Below are positions 10,670-20,000 of a stretch of DNA of 20,000 nt, in pieces. The notes beneath the pieces were generated by a model, which was not told the origin of the DNA, ran no database searches, and was given only the letters and a program-made list of their open reading frames with translations. The DNA is from Catajapyx aquilonaris (lineage: Eukaryota), in assembly GCA_000934665.2 (NCBI GenBank), contig KZ538514.1, positions 45,113 through 65,112 on the forward strand. The letters are read 5' to 3'. A program made the translations under genes and the position numbers. Each line of letters begins with the position of its first letter. Positions within the stretch are counted from its first letter, which is position 1.

Positions 10670-11163
10670 TTTTTCATGCGTCCAATGTCCTTTCCAATCT
10701 CCACAATCCGGTTACTCCCAATGTACAGGTACCTCAGCTCAGTGAGCTGGAACACACATGGTGGTACTGTGGTAAGGGCATTCCCACTTAGGTTGAGTTC
10801 TCTGAGTGAAGATAAGGTACAGAAGGATTTTGGGAATGAATCATCTTCCAAACTGTTGCTTCTAGCAATCAAAGAGGTGAGGCCATGACACATTGAAAGC
10901 GATTCAGGTAGAGAAGTCAGCTGATTGGTACTGATGTCGAGCATGCGGAGGTTGCGGAATGTTACAATGTTGTCAGGGAGGGCTGTCAGTTGGTTGTGGT
11001 ACAAAAGGAGACTCTCGACTTTTTCAGCTTGTTCAGGGCTCGAGCTGTCCAGATTCAAGGCAAGAGTGGCAGTGTCCAGCATTAAGTATGAGAAGTCCAG
11101 GGAGTTGCAGCCAGGGGTAGTGTCGCTCTCACTGCTGCTCCCATCAGACACGTAGCCTTCCAT
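10670..11163 (-). CDS. LRRC58: LRRC58 coding exon 1: N-terminus and LRRs
   Basis: The ATG is directly preceded by an in-frame TAA; upstream acceptor ttttatttcag puts the exon start at 11214 (51 nt of UTR); donor aa|gtgggt; 494 coding nt with repeated LxxLxLxxNxL. The four exons sum to 1080 nt = 359 aa + stop. Confidence 0.94.
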
Positions 11164-13771
11164 TTATTCTGTCTTGAGAGCTTTGTTTAAGGATAGTTGA
11201 GAGTTTGCGAAACTCTGAAATAAAAGCGAGAGGTTAAGTTTATTATGATTATGAAGAAACATGCTTAGTACTAATCTATAGCGAGTACATCAATACTGAG
11301 AAGTCACAAGGGAGAAACAACTTGTTGCTACACTGGCAGCATAAATATTTGCAGCAACTAATGTCGCAATAAGTCTTTGACCAGACACAATAATTGTATG
11401 TCCAGATTTAGCAAGACACACCTTATCAATGTTTCTGGGAAGGGAACATATTTCTCGTCTTAATCTTAAGTCAGTTCTCATCATGTTAGAGGAAGTATGA
11501 ATTAGGATCAATGAAAATGTTATCACTGATTTGATTTAAATCATGAAACTTCTACCATTAGATAGGTTATACAAATGTTCTAGACCAGTACCATGATCAC
11601 CCGAGACACACCACATTTGAAGCTTCAGACCTTAGAAACTGGAATCCTTGCCACTAGTGTCATTATGACAGTAAAATGAATTAAATACACTGTTATCTAG
11701 GCCACCAACAATGAAATCTGGCTGACTAATCTAATGTCATTACACAATAGTTTTTGTAATGCAAAATCAATCCATTAGCATACTAATAAATATGCAAAAG
11801 GCCCTCAGTGTAATGTTGCCACTTTTATGCGTATCATTTCTCATTTTAAAAATTTGATTTGCACTTCTAAAGTGCATAATTAAAATTACAATGTAAGATT
11901 TATCACAAGTGGAAATCCCCATTCCATTATTCCTGCCCTAAATCCACACTTTCACAATTAATGTGCAGGCAAATAGATATACCACCTTTGAGCCAACACA
12001 AATGTATAGCTGAATATTCAACGCTAGGCACTGAAATAAATTGGCAATAAGCAAGAAAGGAGCTAATTCCAGTTACTCTTACAACAACAGGAAAAACAGC
12101 GACCATAAGGTCACTGGCTCCAGGCCAAATGCAGTGCTCTTTTTGTGGGATCTGGGGTGGGGGAAGATCATGCTCTGCATGATTGCAGGAGCAAAAGTTC
12201 AGATGGGCCGTTTGGATTGGACCTGCGTCACCTGATAAACAGCAAAAAAAAAGGGGGCAGGCGAAGGCTAGGCTGCATGGGAGTGCAGACCTTTGAGTAA
12301 ACAGATATTCATTTGTCAGACAAGTGGGCATGTGAAGCAAGTGTGGTCGCAAGTTATATATAGTGAAGCTGAATTAGATTTTCATGCCGCAGTTAGGACA
12401 GTGAACCATTTAACAAAGGGGCCATAGATAAAGTACGTCACTTACAAACTCAAATGTTAATTCATTTAATGCATTCAGTTCAGTGATCGCATATGTTATT
12501 AATATGTGAGATAAATAGGCTATGGTGTAGTAGTCAAAAATGATTTTCTGTTGAAAATAAAAAGTACACTTGCATTACAACAGCCTCTCTCAATAAGCAA
12601 TTTTCATGCTTAGTGCACACTCATAGTTTCATAATGACAACACATTTGGAAGAGTCAGAAAGTATCTTGAACCTAATTAGTTGGAGCATGAGCACTGCAC
12701 ATGATCCCCTACTTTTATCTACATCAACATGGACTACTGGCAAGATACCTATATTGTACATAATAAAAGAAACATGCTGCTCAGAAGTTGTAATGGAGCA
12801 AAACTCTAGTTTACTCTCATACAATGGCACTTAGTGTAAGGCCTGTACATTGTACTTTTTATTTGATAAAGCATTTCATCTTGAGTATTTTGGACAAAAA
12901 ATTTATGTAGCATGAATTTAATGATTAATAATAATTGCAGAGTTTCATCTCAAATCAAATTAGTTCATTCAGTTCAAGTATGCTTCAGATGCAAGTGGAG
13001 GGAGTGAATGAGCACATTTCTCATCCCGTACTATCTCTGTATAAACATAATGGAGATCTGAATAGATTTTCGAATGCAATGCTTGCATGGTAATGCTGGT
13101 TACTGACAATATTTTACACAGCTGCTGGCATGTACATATTAAAAATCCACCTAAGTGGTTGTAGCATATCTACACAGAGCATGTACCAATTGTTCCTTAG
13201 CCAATATTAAATTGATCTGAACAATAATTAGGTCAAGATTGGCAATTAAGTCTCGTGGCACAGGTCGATTTTGAGCTGTATTACGTGGAGGAGTCCCTGA
13301 CCTGCGTTTCATGGGTCAGAAACGATAGCGGTGGACTTGAAACTAGAAATTTGCCAAAATATACGTAATGTGGAATTTGAGATCTACCTTGTTTCAAATC
13401 CACTGCAAAGGTTTTTTTGAGTAAAGCCTCAAGTTTGAAACAGCTGGTCACCTGCACAATATGCAAATGCAACTCTCACACATAAATCCACACCCAAGGC
13501 AACATTAGTCAACAGCTAATGTCTGGTCCTATGGCTCAAACATTTGGCAGCAGGCCACACACAACTAGGATAATGTAACTCGGTAACAAAGGGTGGGTAA
13601 TCCCATAGCAGTTCCAATAGGCAGGTAATCCCTATGTAACCACTATTATTGCGATGAAACTTTGCACCAATCCCCACCCAGGTACATAGGCATTAATTAA
13701 TTCCCTTACGTAACCGACCAGTCCAGCCATACGTGACTTGCCCCCAACTTGAAGTACTATCATATACTCAC

Positions 13772-14180
13772 AAAGTAGTGTGTATGTAATACGATGGTGT
13801 CTAAACTGTAAGGGAGTCTTCTGGTGTACAGTACCACGCGGAGCCTGCTCCGTCGTCGGCCAGTCTGACCCTACCCAGCTGGAAAAGAGGACCCAGACTG
13901 GGCGCAACTCTGCTTGGGCAGCAGACCAAGTCAACTCAGCCAGGAGGCGGCCATCTTTATCGCCTTGAACAGAAGGGGGAGGAAGCGAGGGAGGGAAAGG
14001 GGGGGAGCTGCTTATCATTATGATTAAATTGTTATCCAACTTTACGTCATGCCGCTACTTAATCTTGTTGGGTATTTACCACAGATGGAAATCACTGAAA
14101 GGTCACGCACCTATGTTGCGTACCTACAGTATGTCAACGTCAACGGAGAGAGAACTGGAGATGTGTTGGCAACACTGTAT
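13772..14180 (-). promoter_or_regulatory. Candidate LRRC58 promoter and non-coding first exon
   Basis: The 11214 acceptor requires an upstream exon. This is the nearest CpG-rich non-repeat stretch. It has a gtgagt donor at 13771-13766, YY1-like AAGATGGCCGCC, a pyrimidine tract near 13970-14005, CRE-like ATGACGTAA (14042-14050) and TTGGCAACACTG (14166-14177, plus strand). Confidence 0.5.
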
Positions 14181-14629
14181 ACAACCCGCGCTTTTAGTGG
14201 GAGGAGATACTTGTTGGTGATGGCTTTTTCATGTGACTAGGCTTGTGTATGTCTACAGCACGGTCTGCGGGATTGGCACAAGTTCGGCAAGTTCATGAGA
14301 CATGCGTTCACGGAAGGCTTTTTGGCAGCGAGTTGCATCCTGTTGGCTGGGCTACGAGGAGACCATGGGCCACTTTACAAAAGTAGGCTAAGTACCGGTA
14401 CCATCGGGGTACCATATAGTGTGGCCATTGAAAAAAAAAAAGTCATTCTTTATAATGTTGTCGAAGTATCAACATGTCTTTATCTACCATGGCTCATTTA
14501 AAATTCATGTCGAATTCAGAATTTTTAAACCATGATACCAGATTTTCTAAGCCTGTGTCACTATTGACATACGCCATGTGAACGTCACTCAGTGCAGAAA
14601 GATCTGGGTTAATTTATACTTTGTACTTG

Positions 14630-14986
14630 TGGGCAGTTGCTATGGCCGAGATGGCAACGTCTCGGCTTGCTGAGTGAAAGGTCCCAGGTTCGATCCCCGC
14701 CTGGGAGTTCCCTTTCACCTGCGTCAGGAGGGTCTCTGACCTGCACCTTGGAGGTGTCTGGCAACCTAATCTCCTGGGGAACAGCACATGACCCCTTTTC
14801 AGACAATGCACTTGCACCCATGTTCCCTCCCCAAAAATTCCTATCCTTACCCAATCTCCTTGATTCCCTGCACCGGCACTGGAGTGAAGTTAACTTAGAA
14901 AATTGAGGAAAAATGGTGGTGTACCACCCCCCTATAGAACCTATAGATCACAGGGTACAATAAATAAATAAATAAATAAATAAAAT
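14630..14986 (+). mobile_element. tRNA-derived SINE, head type A
   Basis: A-box TGGCCGAGATGG, B-box GGTTCGATCCC, (AATA)n tail; aligns with the 7396 and 18811 copies; no TSD found. Confidence 0.9.
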
Positions 14987-15179
14987 AGCCATGTGATGCA
15001 AAGAAAGCAATTAAACAAAAAACCTTCTGGAATTTCTCTGCGAAAGACGTAGACAGTGATGCAGGAGAACCAAGTCAAATAATAAATGTAGATCTAAAAT
15101 AGTATGACACATTATTATATCTTATAAAATTAAAACGCCCTCGATTTCTAATTTCATTTTGGCTGGCCGTAACGGTGGG

Positions 15180-15256
15180 AAACGATATAATATCCATTAT
15201 TTTCGTGGCGCCTCTATACACCATGATATCCACAGCACCCCGGTTGGGAACCACTG
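15180..15256. mobile_element. hAT (Charlie-like) element terminus
   Basis: GGTTGGGAACCACTG at 15242-15256 is the reverse complement of CAGTGGTTCCCAACC, a typical hAT-Charlie TIR; the partner end was not found. Confidence 0.45.
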
Positions 15257-15354
15257 CTCTACTCTGACTGGTTCAGCCTATGTTGCCCATGCTTAAGATT
15301 ATTTTCCCTCTCTATTCTTTTTTCTCTTCTTCTACATTGTCAACTGTCATCTTT

Positions 15355-15666
15355 GGGGAGGCGGAGTGGTGCTGCGGTAACGTATGCGCCCACGGATATT
15401 AAGGACCCAGGTTCGATCCCAGCCCGGGGACACCCCCTTCATCTCGTGCAGAGTTAAGTGTCGTCTCTGACTTCGTCTCGGGTGGAATTTCCTTAGACTA
15501 ATCCACCTGGGGGAGCTCACAAAATGACCACATTTCAGACAAGGCACTGCACTTGCACATCCCCTCCTGTCATCCTCCCAAAAATTGTACCATCGTTAAA
15601 AATAAAGGTCAAGGCAGAAAACCCCTCAGCGGTACGCCTAATGCCCTATTATTATTATTATTTTTA
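15355..15666 (+). mobile_element. tRNA-derived SINE, head type B, alternative 3' end
   Basis: B-box GGTTCGATCCC; about the first 215 nt align with the 6014-6348 copy; (TAT)n tail; 13-bp TSD AACTGTC(A/C)TCTTT at 15342-15354 and 15667-15679. Confidence 0.88.
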
Positions 15667-15688
15667 AACTGTCCTCTTTCTATTTCAG

Positions 15689-16589
15689 GAACATGTGTGG
15701 CACGAAGTGACCACCCATAATGCGATGGGTGAGGGACCATTCCCACTCCCAAACGTCTTGCTAACCTTGGAACTCCAGAAGAGGATCAAGAACGTGATGA
15801 GTCGCAGGTGATATTAAATGTTAAGCTAACAACTAATTGAATATAGCCTCCCTGTAAATATTGTGCATGCACATGCTTGAATTACTTGCGATATTTTAAA
15901 ACCAATTTTATGGTTCAGGTATGCTCTGAAATTTTCTGCTACTCCATTCCGACTAGGTACAATGCTGAGACCCATTCTTTGGATCAGGAAAATTTCCATC
16001 GTGATGCTGACCTGCAGGACACATTTGTATCAACAGTTCAAAAAGAATTGTCCCGTCGCGTCGTGCGGGCAGCCACGCGTCAGGATGAAAGGAACGCATT
16101 AACTGGTTCCTTTCATCCTGGCACGTGGCTGCCCGCTTGACGCGACGGGACAATTCTTTTTGAACTGTTGATACCACTAACCCATCTGAATGCGGCAGCC
16201 CATGTAATACAAACCATAGGAGATCACTTTCCTGAGACAAAGGCTTTTGACCTCTCTGAAAACAGACTCTCCTACTTGGACCTCTTTAGCCAGCTCACCA
16301 TCAAGGCCCCCAATCTCAGGATCCTCATCTTGTCCAACAACAAACTGTCAGACCTGCAGCAACTTGATACCCTCTCCTCTCTCCCCTGTTAGAGCTGAGA
16401 CTCAACAGTAATTCGCTGTGCAACCTGTTCAAGGACAGGACTGTGCATGTCAACGTTGTGGGCGAGATGCTTCCAGTCTCCTTTGGCTAGATGGAGTCGA
16501 TCTCCCTCTCCATATCAAGCAAATTAAGTGTGCCTCTGAGACACCTGACCCCACACCCAGTCCGAGCCCTGTACCGTTTGTGCAAACAG
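15689..16589 (+). pseudogene. Nuclear RNA export factor (NXF1/TAP family) pseudogene fragment; exons 15689-15807 and 15957-16589
   Basis: Reconstructed after splicing, removing the MITE and fixing two frameshifts: ...LELQKRIKNVMSRRYNAETHSLD..FHRDADL..HVIQTIGDHFPETKAFDLSENRL..KAPNLRILILSNNKL..LLELRLNSNSLCNLFKD..LPSLLWLDGVDLP. This follows the NXF1 LRR domain (MSKRYD..IIEENIPELLSLNLSNNRL..KAPNLKILNLSGN..GNSLCDTF..FPKLLRLDGHELP). The GT-AG intron 15808-15956 is in phase; donor cag|gtgagt at 16589/90. Confidence 0.85.
16030..16171. mobile_element. 142-bp hairpin MITE, Tc1/mariner-type TA target duplication
   Basis: 66-bp inverted arms with 4 mismatches and a 10-nt loop; TA at 16028-9 and 16172-3; removing the element plus one TA restores D-T-F-V-P-L-T in frame. 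Confidence 0.9.
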
Positions 16590-16968
16590 GTGAGTCGGAG
16601 TTTTCTTAGTGGGTATCTAGCAGTTTCTTAGTCTGTGCACAAGTTGAAAGTGACATGATTGATATTAGCCCATTGACGAATTGCTATTGGTTGCCTGTTG
16701 GCCATTATGTGCCCACAGAAGGCAAACCATGATCCATCAAATCAGTTGGAATGTTAAAGGATATCAATCATTTATTTCTCACTGTGTATACAGTTGTTGA
16801 GTGATAATTTGCTTTTGGTGACATAGTGAGTGTGATGCTTCCCCAGTCTGTCTGCCTCAGTTAGAATCAGGTGACTAATTACCAGTTATCTTGCTTTGAC
16901 ACTTCTGCCATTTAGCATTGTGCCAAACAAGGTCAGTAATCTGCAGACTGCCTATTTTACTGCATGTA

Positions 16969-17360
16969 AGGGAGATCGGGGTCGGTTGTAACATCGCCAA
17001 TTATAAATACGTTTGGAAAGCCCTGAACCTGAAACTCACATAGTACGTGTGCCATTATGGCCTCTAAGCTGTACAGAACTTAGACTACTCCTTTTTTGTT
17101 TTTTGTTCTATATGCAAATAACCAAAATCAAGGTGTGTTCCCAACTTTTTTGAGTGGCAGTAATCAAGTGATTATGGGGGTGGTAGAGGTCCCCTTGAAT
17201 TGTTCTTGGCGTCATGAGAAAGGTTCCTTTAGTGGGGTCACACTGATGGTATGGATGACCAAATCATGTGCACAGTTAAAAAGTGGTAAGCATATCTACA
17301 AGATAATACACAATGGGGACGGTTGGAACAGATTCTTTGGGGTCAGATGTAACATTGTAA
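16969..17360. mobile_element. Possible DNA transposon end with subterminal repeats
   Basis: TA followed by AGGGAGATCGGGGTCGGTTGTAACA; the motif recurs as GGGGACGGTTGGAACA (17315) and GGGGTCAGATGTAACA (17339); second TIR not found. Confidence 0.35.
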
Positions 17361-17581
17361 AATCATGAGAGAATGGTCTATAGTCTGTGTACAGATGTTG
17401 CAGCTACATATCTCACAAGGGTTAACTAGCAGCTGAAGCCTGTTCTTTGCACGGCCTGTAACTATGGCACCATTGATCATGTTGAATGTCGTTGTTGCCA
17501 TGATATCGTCGGCAATAAGGAGAAAGGGCAAATAAACCATTTTTGAAATTTTACATGAAAGGTAAAAATAGGTTGAAAATA

Positions 17582-18200
17582 CGAGGGCCTGTCAAAACAA
17601 ATTGAGACTTATTTTTTATGTGACAAAAAGAATTAGTTCATGACTCGCTGTGAATGGCATAGTGTCCAGTATAGATTGAAGTATTAGAACACTGATTCTT
17701 GTTCAAATATTCCACCATCTCAGGCGATGGTGACACCAGAAGTAGACTTTGGTTCGCATTCGTATCCGCACTGCCAGGTGGTCAGCTGTGACAACCAATA
17801 TTCATCGTTGAGGTTTTGCTTCCATTTGAATCAAACAACCACAGAGGTGTACAACATGCTAAGATTCTGAACAGCAGATACTGGTCACCATGTGAGGCCA
17901 CAAGACATTGCAACTATTTGCAAACTACCACCTGCATTTGCCTTTCCTCTGGAGTCAACAATCTGGGGACCCATTGCATCAAGTGCAAACGCATCGCATG
18001 TGAAAATGGTCAATGCAAAATCGTGTGGGCACTACAACTGGAGTTATCACACATTCTACGCCTTACGTGATTATTATTCATACTGCTCAATTAAATGTGC
18101 AGTTATAAGGAAATGTCAACTGTCAATCCCCGATTCTCCAGCATAATTGCAAGCATGAATAGCGCAACATTTGCAGTCATAAATGTCTTCAAGTGACATC
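17582..18200 (+). mobile_element. Mariner 5' remnant
   Basis: TA|CGAGGGCCTGTCAAAA mariner-type TIR start; peptides LRFCFHLNQTTTEVYNML (cf. IKFCFKLGKTATETxxML) and RIACENGQCKIVWALQLELS (HTH-like). Right boundary uncertain. Confidence 0.65.
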
Positions 18201-18338
18201 TTTATAGAAGTCCTGATCATTGTCGAGCGCACTCAAGATCATTATGAGCGACGGATTTAAATAAAAACACAGCGGTTGTGGATAGGAGGGCGTGTTTTTA
18301 AAAAAAGAGTTCGCGTTGGGGCGGGGGGGGGGGGGGGG

Positions 18339-18367
18339 NNNNNNNNNNNNNNNNNNNNNNNNNNNNN
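18339..18367. other. Assembly gap (29 N) within a poly-G tract
   Basis: N run flanked by G homopolymer on both sides. Confidence 0.99.
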
Positions 18368-18396
18368 GGGGGGAGGCTCTGGCCTGGAAGTGACCT

Positions 18397-18808
18397 TCAA
18401 GGAAATGCTGATAATACTACTGAAGTGGGGACGAGGGAGGGGGGATACATAAATTGACAATAAACACGAGATAATTTGATAACTATGGTGTTTTCCCCTT
18501 TATACTATTCATCACCAAATGGCCACAATTACTTGCCCAAAATCGTAATATTATTCGGCCACCCACCAAGAAATGGAGTGGTGGTCTTATTAACAAGATG
18601 CGATAAAAAGTTTCCATTAAGATTATCTGGACTATAGAATGGATAATTATTAATAGTAACAATAGATGTAGGAGGATACGAAAGTTGAAGTTAATGTGAC
18701 AGTTAACAACTGAAATAAATACTATTATACTTTGGGCAGTGAATTTCTGTGAGGTCTGGCAAAGATTGCTGCCACTACGTTTATTTCTTATTTACCGGGA
18801 TGTAAATG

Positions 18809-18880
<72 letters not shown>

Positions 18881-20000
18881 TTACGTTACCCCGTGATAAG
18901 GCTGAGCCTTTTTAGGGGGGTGGAATACCACCATTTCACTCCATTTTCCTATATTAACTTCATTCACCGGTGCAAGGAGTCAAGGATGTAGGGTAGGGAT
19001 AGGGGTTTTTGGGGAGGGAACATTGGTGCAAGTGCAATGTCGGTAAAAGGGTCATGTGCTGTTCACCAGGAGGTTAGGTTGCCAGACACCTCCTTGGTGC
19101 AGGTCAGAGACCCTCCTGACGCAGGTGAAAGGGAAGTTCCCCAGGCGGGGATCGAACCTGGGGCCTGTCACTCAGCAAACCGAGACGTTACCATCTCGGC
19201 CATCTACACCTCCCCGTAAATGTTAATAATGAACCTTAGGGACCACACAAACCCAAAACCAGGATTAAAATTAATTACCAAAAAATCTACCACAGAATGA
19301 ATTTTTTTATGGCTAATAAATTTTCCCAGAAATTGATACACCACATTGATGCCACATTTAACGGTGTTATTTATTAATAAATTAAAATGTGATAATGTTG
19401 TTTGTCAGTACGATAACAATTTCGATTCAATTAATGTAAATGGCTTTAAAATTTCTTAATTCAGAAATGCACAGAAAATTTCATTTCTGCATGGCATTAT
19501 AAATGTTTTTAAATTCCGTGGTAGATTTTTTGTAATTAATGTCAATACAGGGTTTGGATTTGTGTGGCCCCTGAGGTTTATTTTAACATTTACATCCCGG
19601 TAATAAATAATAAATAAACGTAGTGGAAGCAATCTTTGCCTGACCCCACAGAAATTCACTGCCCAAAGTGTAATCGTATTTATTTCAGTGTTAACTGTCA
19701 CATTGACTTCAACTTTCGTATCCTCCTACCTCTATTGTTACTATTAATAATTATCCATTCTATAGTCCAGATAATCTTAATGGAAACTTTTTATCACATC
19801 ATTGTTAATAAGCCCACCACTCCATTTCTTGGTGGGTGGCCGAATAATATTACGATTTTAGGCAAGTAATTGTGGCCATTTGGTGATGAATAGTATAAAG
19901 GGGAAAACACCATAGTTATCAAATTATCTCATGTTTATTGTAAATCTACGTACCCCCCTCCCTCGTCCCCACTTCAGTAGTATTATCAGCATTTCCTTGA
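18397..20000. repeat. Long inverted repeat (foldback-type non-autonomous DNA transposon), truncated by the window edge
   Basis: 18397 to about 19298 (excluding the SINE) is the reverse complement of about 19513-20000; roughly 490 bp per arm, high but imperfect identity, with an AT-rich spacer of about 210 bp. Confidence 0.9.
18811..19215 (-). mobile_element. tRNA-derived SINE, head type A, with long (AAT)n tail
   Basis: A-box TGGCCGAGATGG and B-box GGTTCGATCCC; 9-bp TSD GTAAATGTT at 18802-18810 and 19216-19224; the empty site is seen in the opposite IR arm at 19585-19593. Confidence 0.94.

Noticed and set aside
13632..14501. ORFs in the CpG-rich block as protein-coding genes or NXF N-terminal exons
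   Set aside because: No recognisable domain and no convincing splice-phase link to either gene.
16138..16140. TGA in a hairpin as a selenocysteine or readthrough signal, or the hairpin as a spliced intron
   Set aside because: The stop lies inside a TA-flanked insertion, there is no suitable AG at the element's 3' end, and two downstream frameshifts would still break the protein.
1..20000. CRISPR arrays, prokaryotic operons, hammerhead ribozyme cores
   Set aside because: The DNA is eukaryotic and spliced, has no repeat-spacer periodicity, and no CUGANGA..GAAA core with flanking stems was seen by eye (not an exhaustive search).

Overview
Eukaryotic genomic DNA, rich in introns and transposons; an arthropod-like invertebrate is my inference and the taxon cannot be determined. 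There is one intact gene, LRRC58, on the minus strand: 4 coding exons from 11163 to 8782, 1080 nt, 359 aa, all introns GT-AG and in phase, with a candidate non-coding first exon/promoter near 13.8-14.2 kb. Head-to-head with it on the plus strand is a decayed, intron-containing NXF1/TAP-family gene fragment (15689-16589). It carries a 142-bp near-perfect hairpin MITE in an exon, two frameshifts, an apparent RRM deletion, and a SINE in its acceptor tract. The rest is mobile DNA: five tRNA-derived SINE copies (two head types, four with TSDs), three mariner remnants, two pogo/Tigger-type non-autonomous elements, a long foldback inverted repeat running off the right edge, probable Penelope and LINE remnants, and microsatellites. 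The most notable signals are (i) a SINE 3' module whose stem-loop differs in sequence in every copy but keeps its pairing, (ii) the hairpin-disrupted NXF paralog, (iii) a perfect 67-bp palindrome inside a decayed MITE, and (iv) a uORF plus hairpin in the putative LRRC58 leader. All homology calls are by eye from remembered family motifs, not from database searches.
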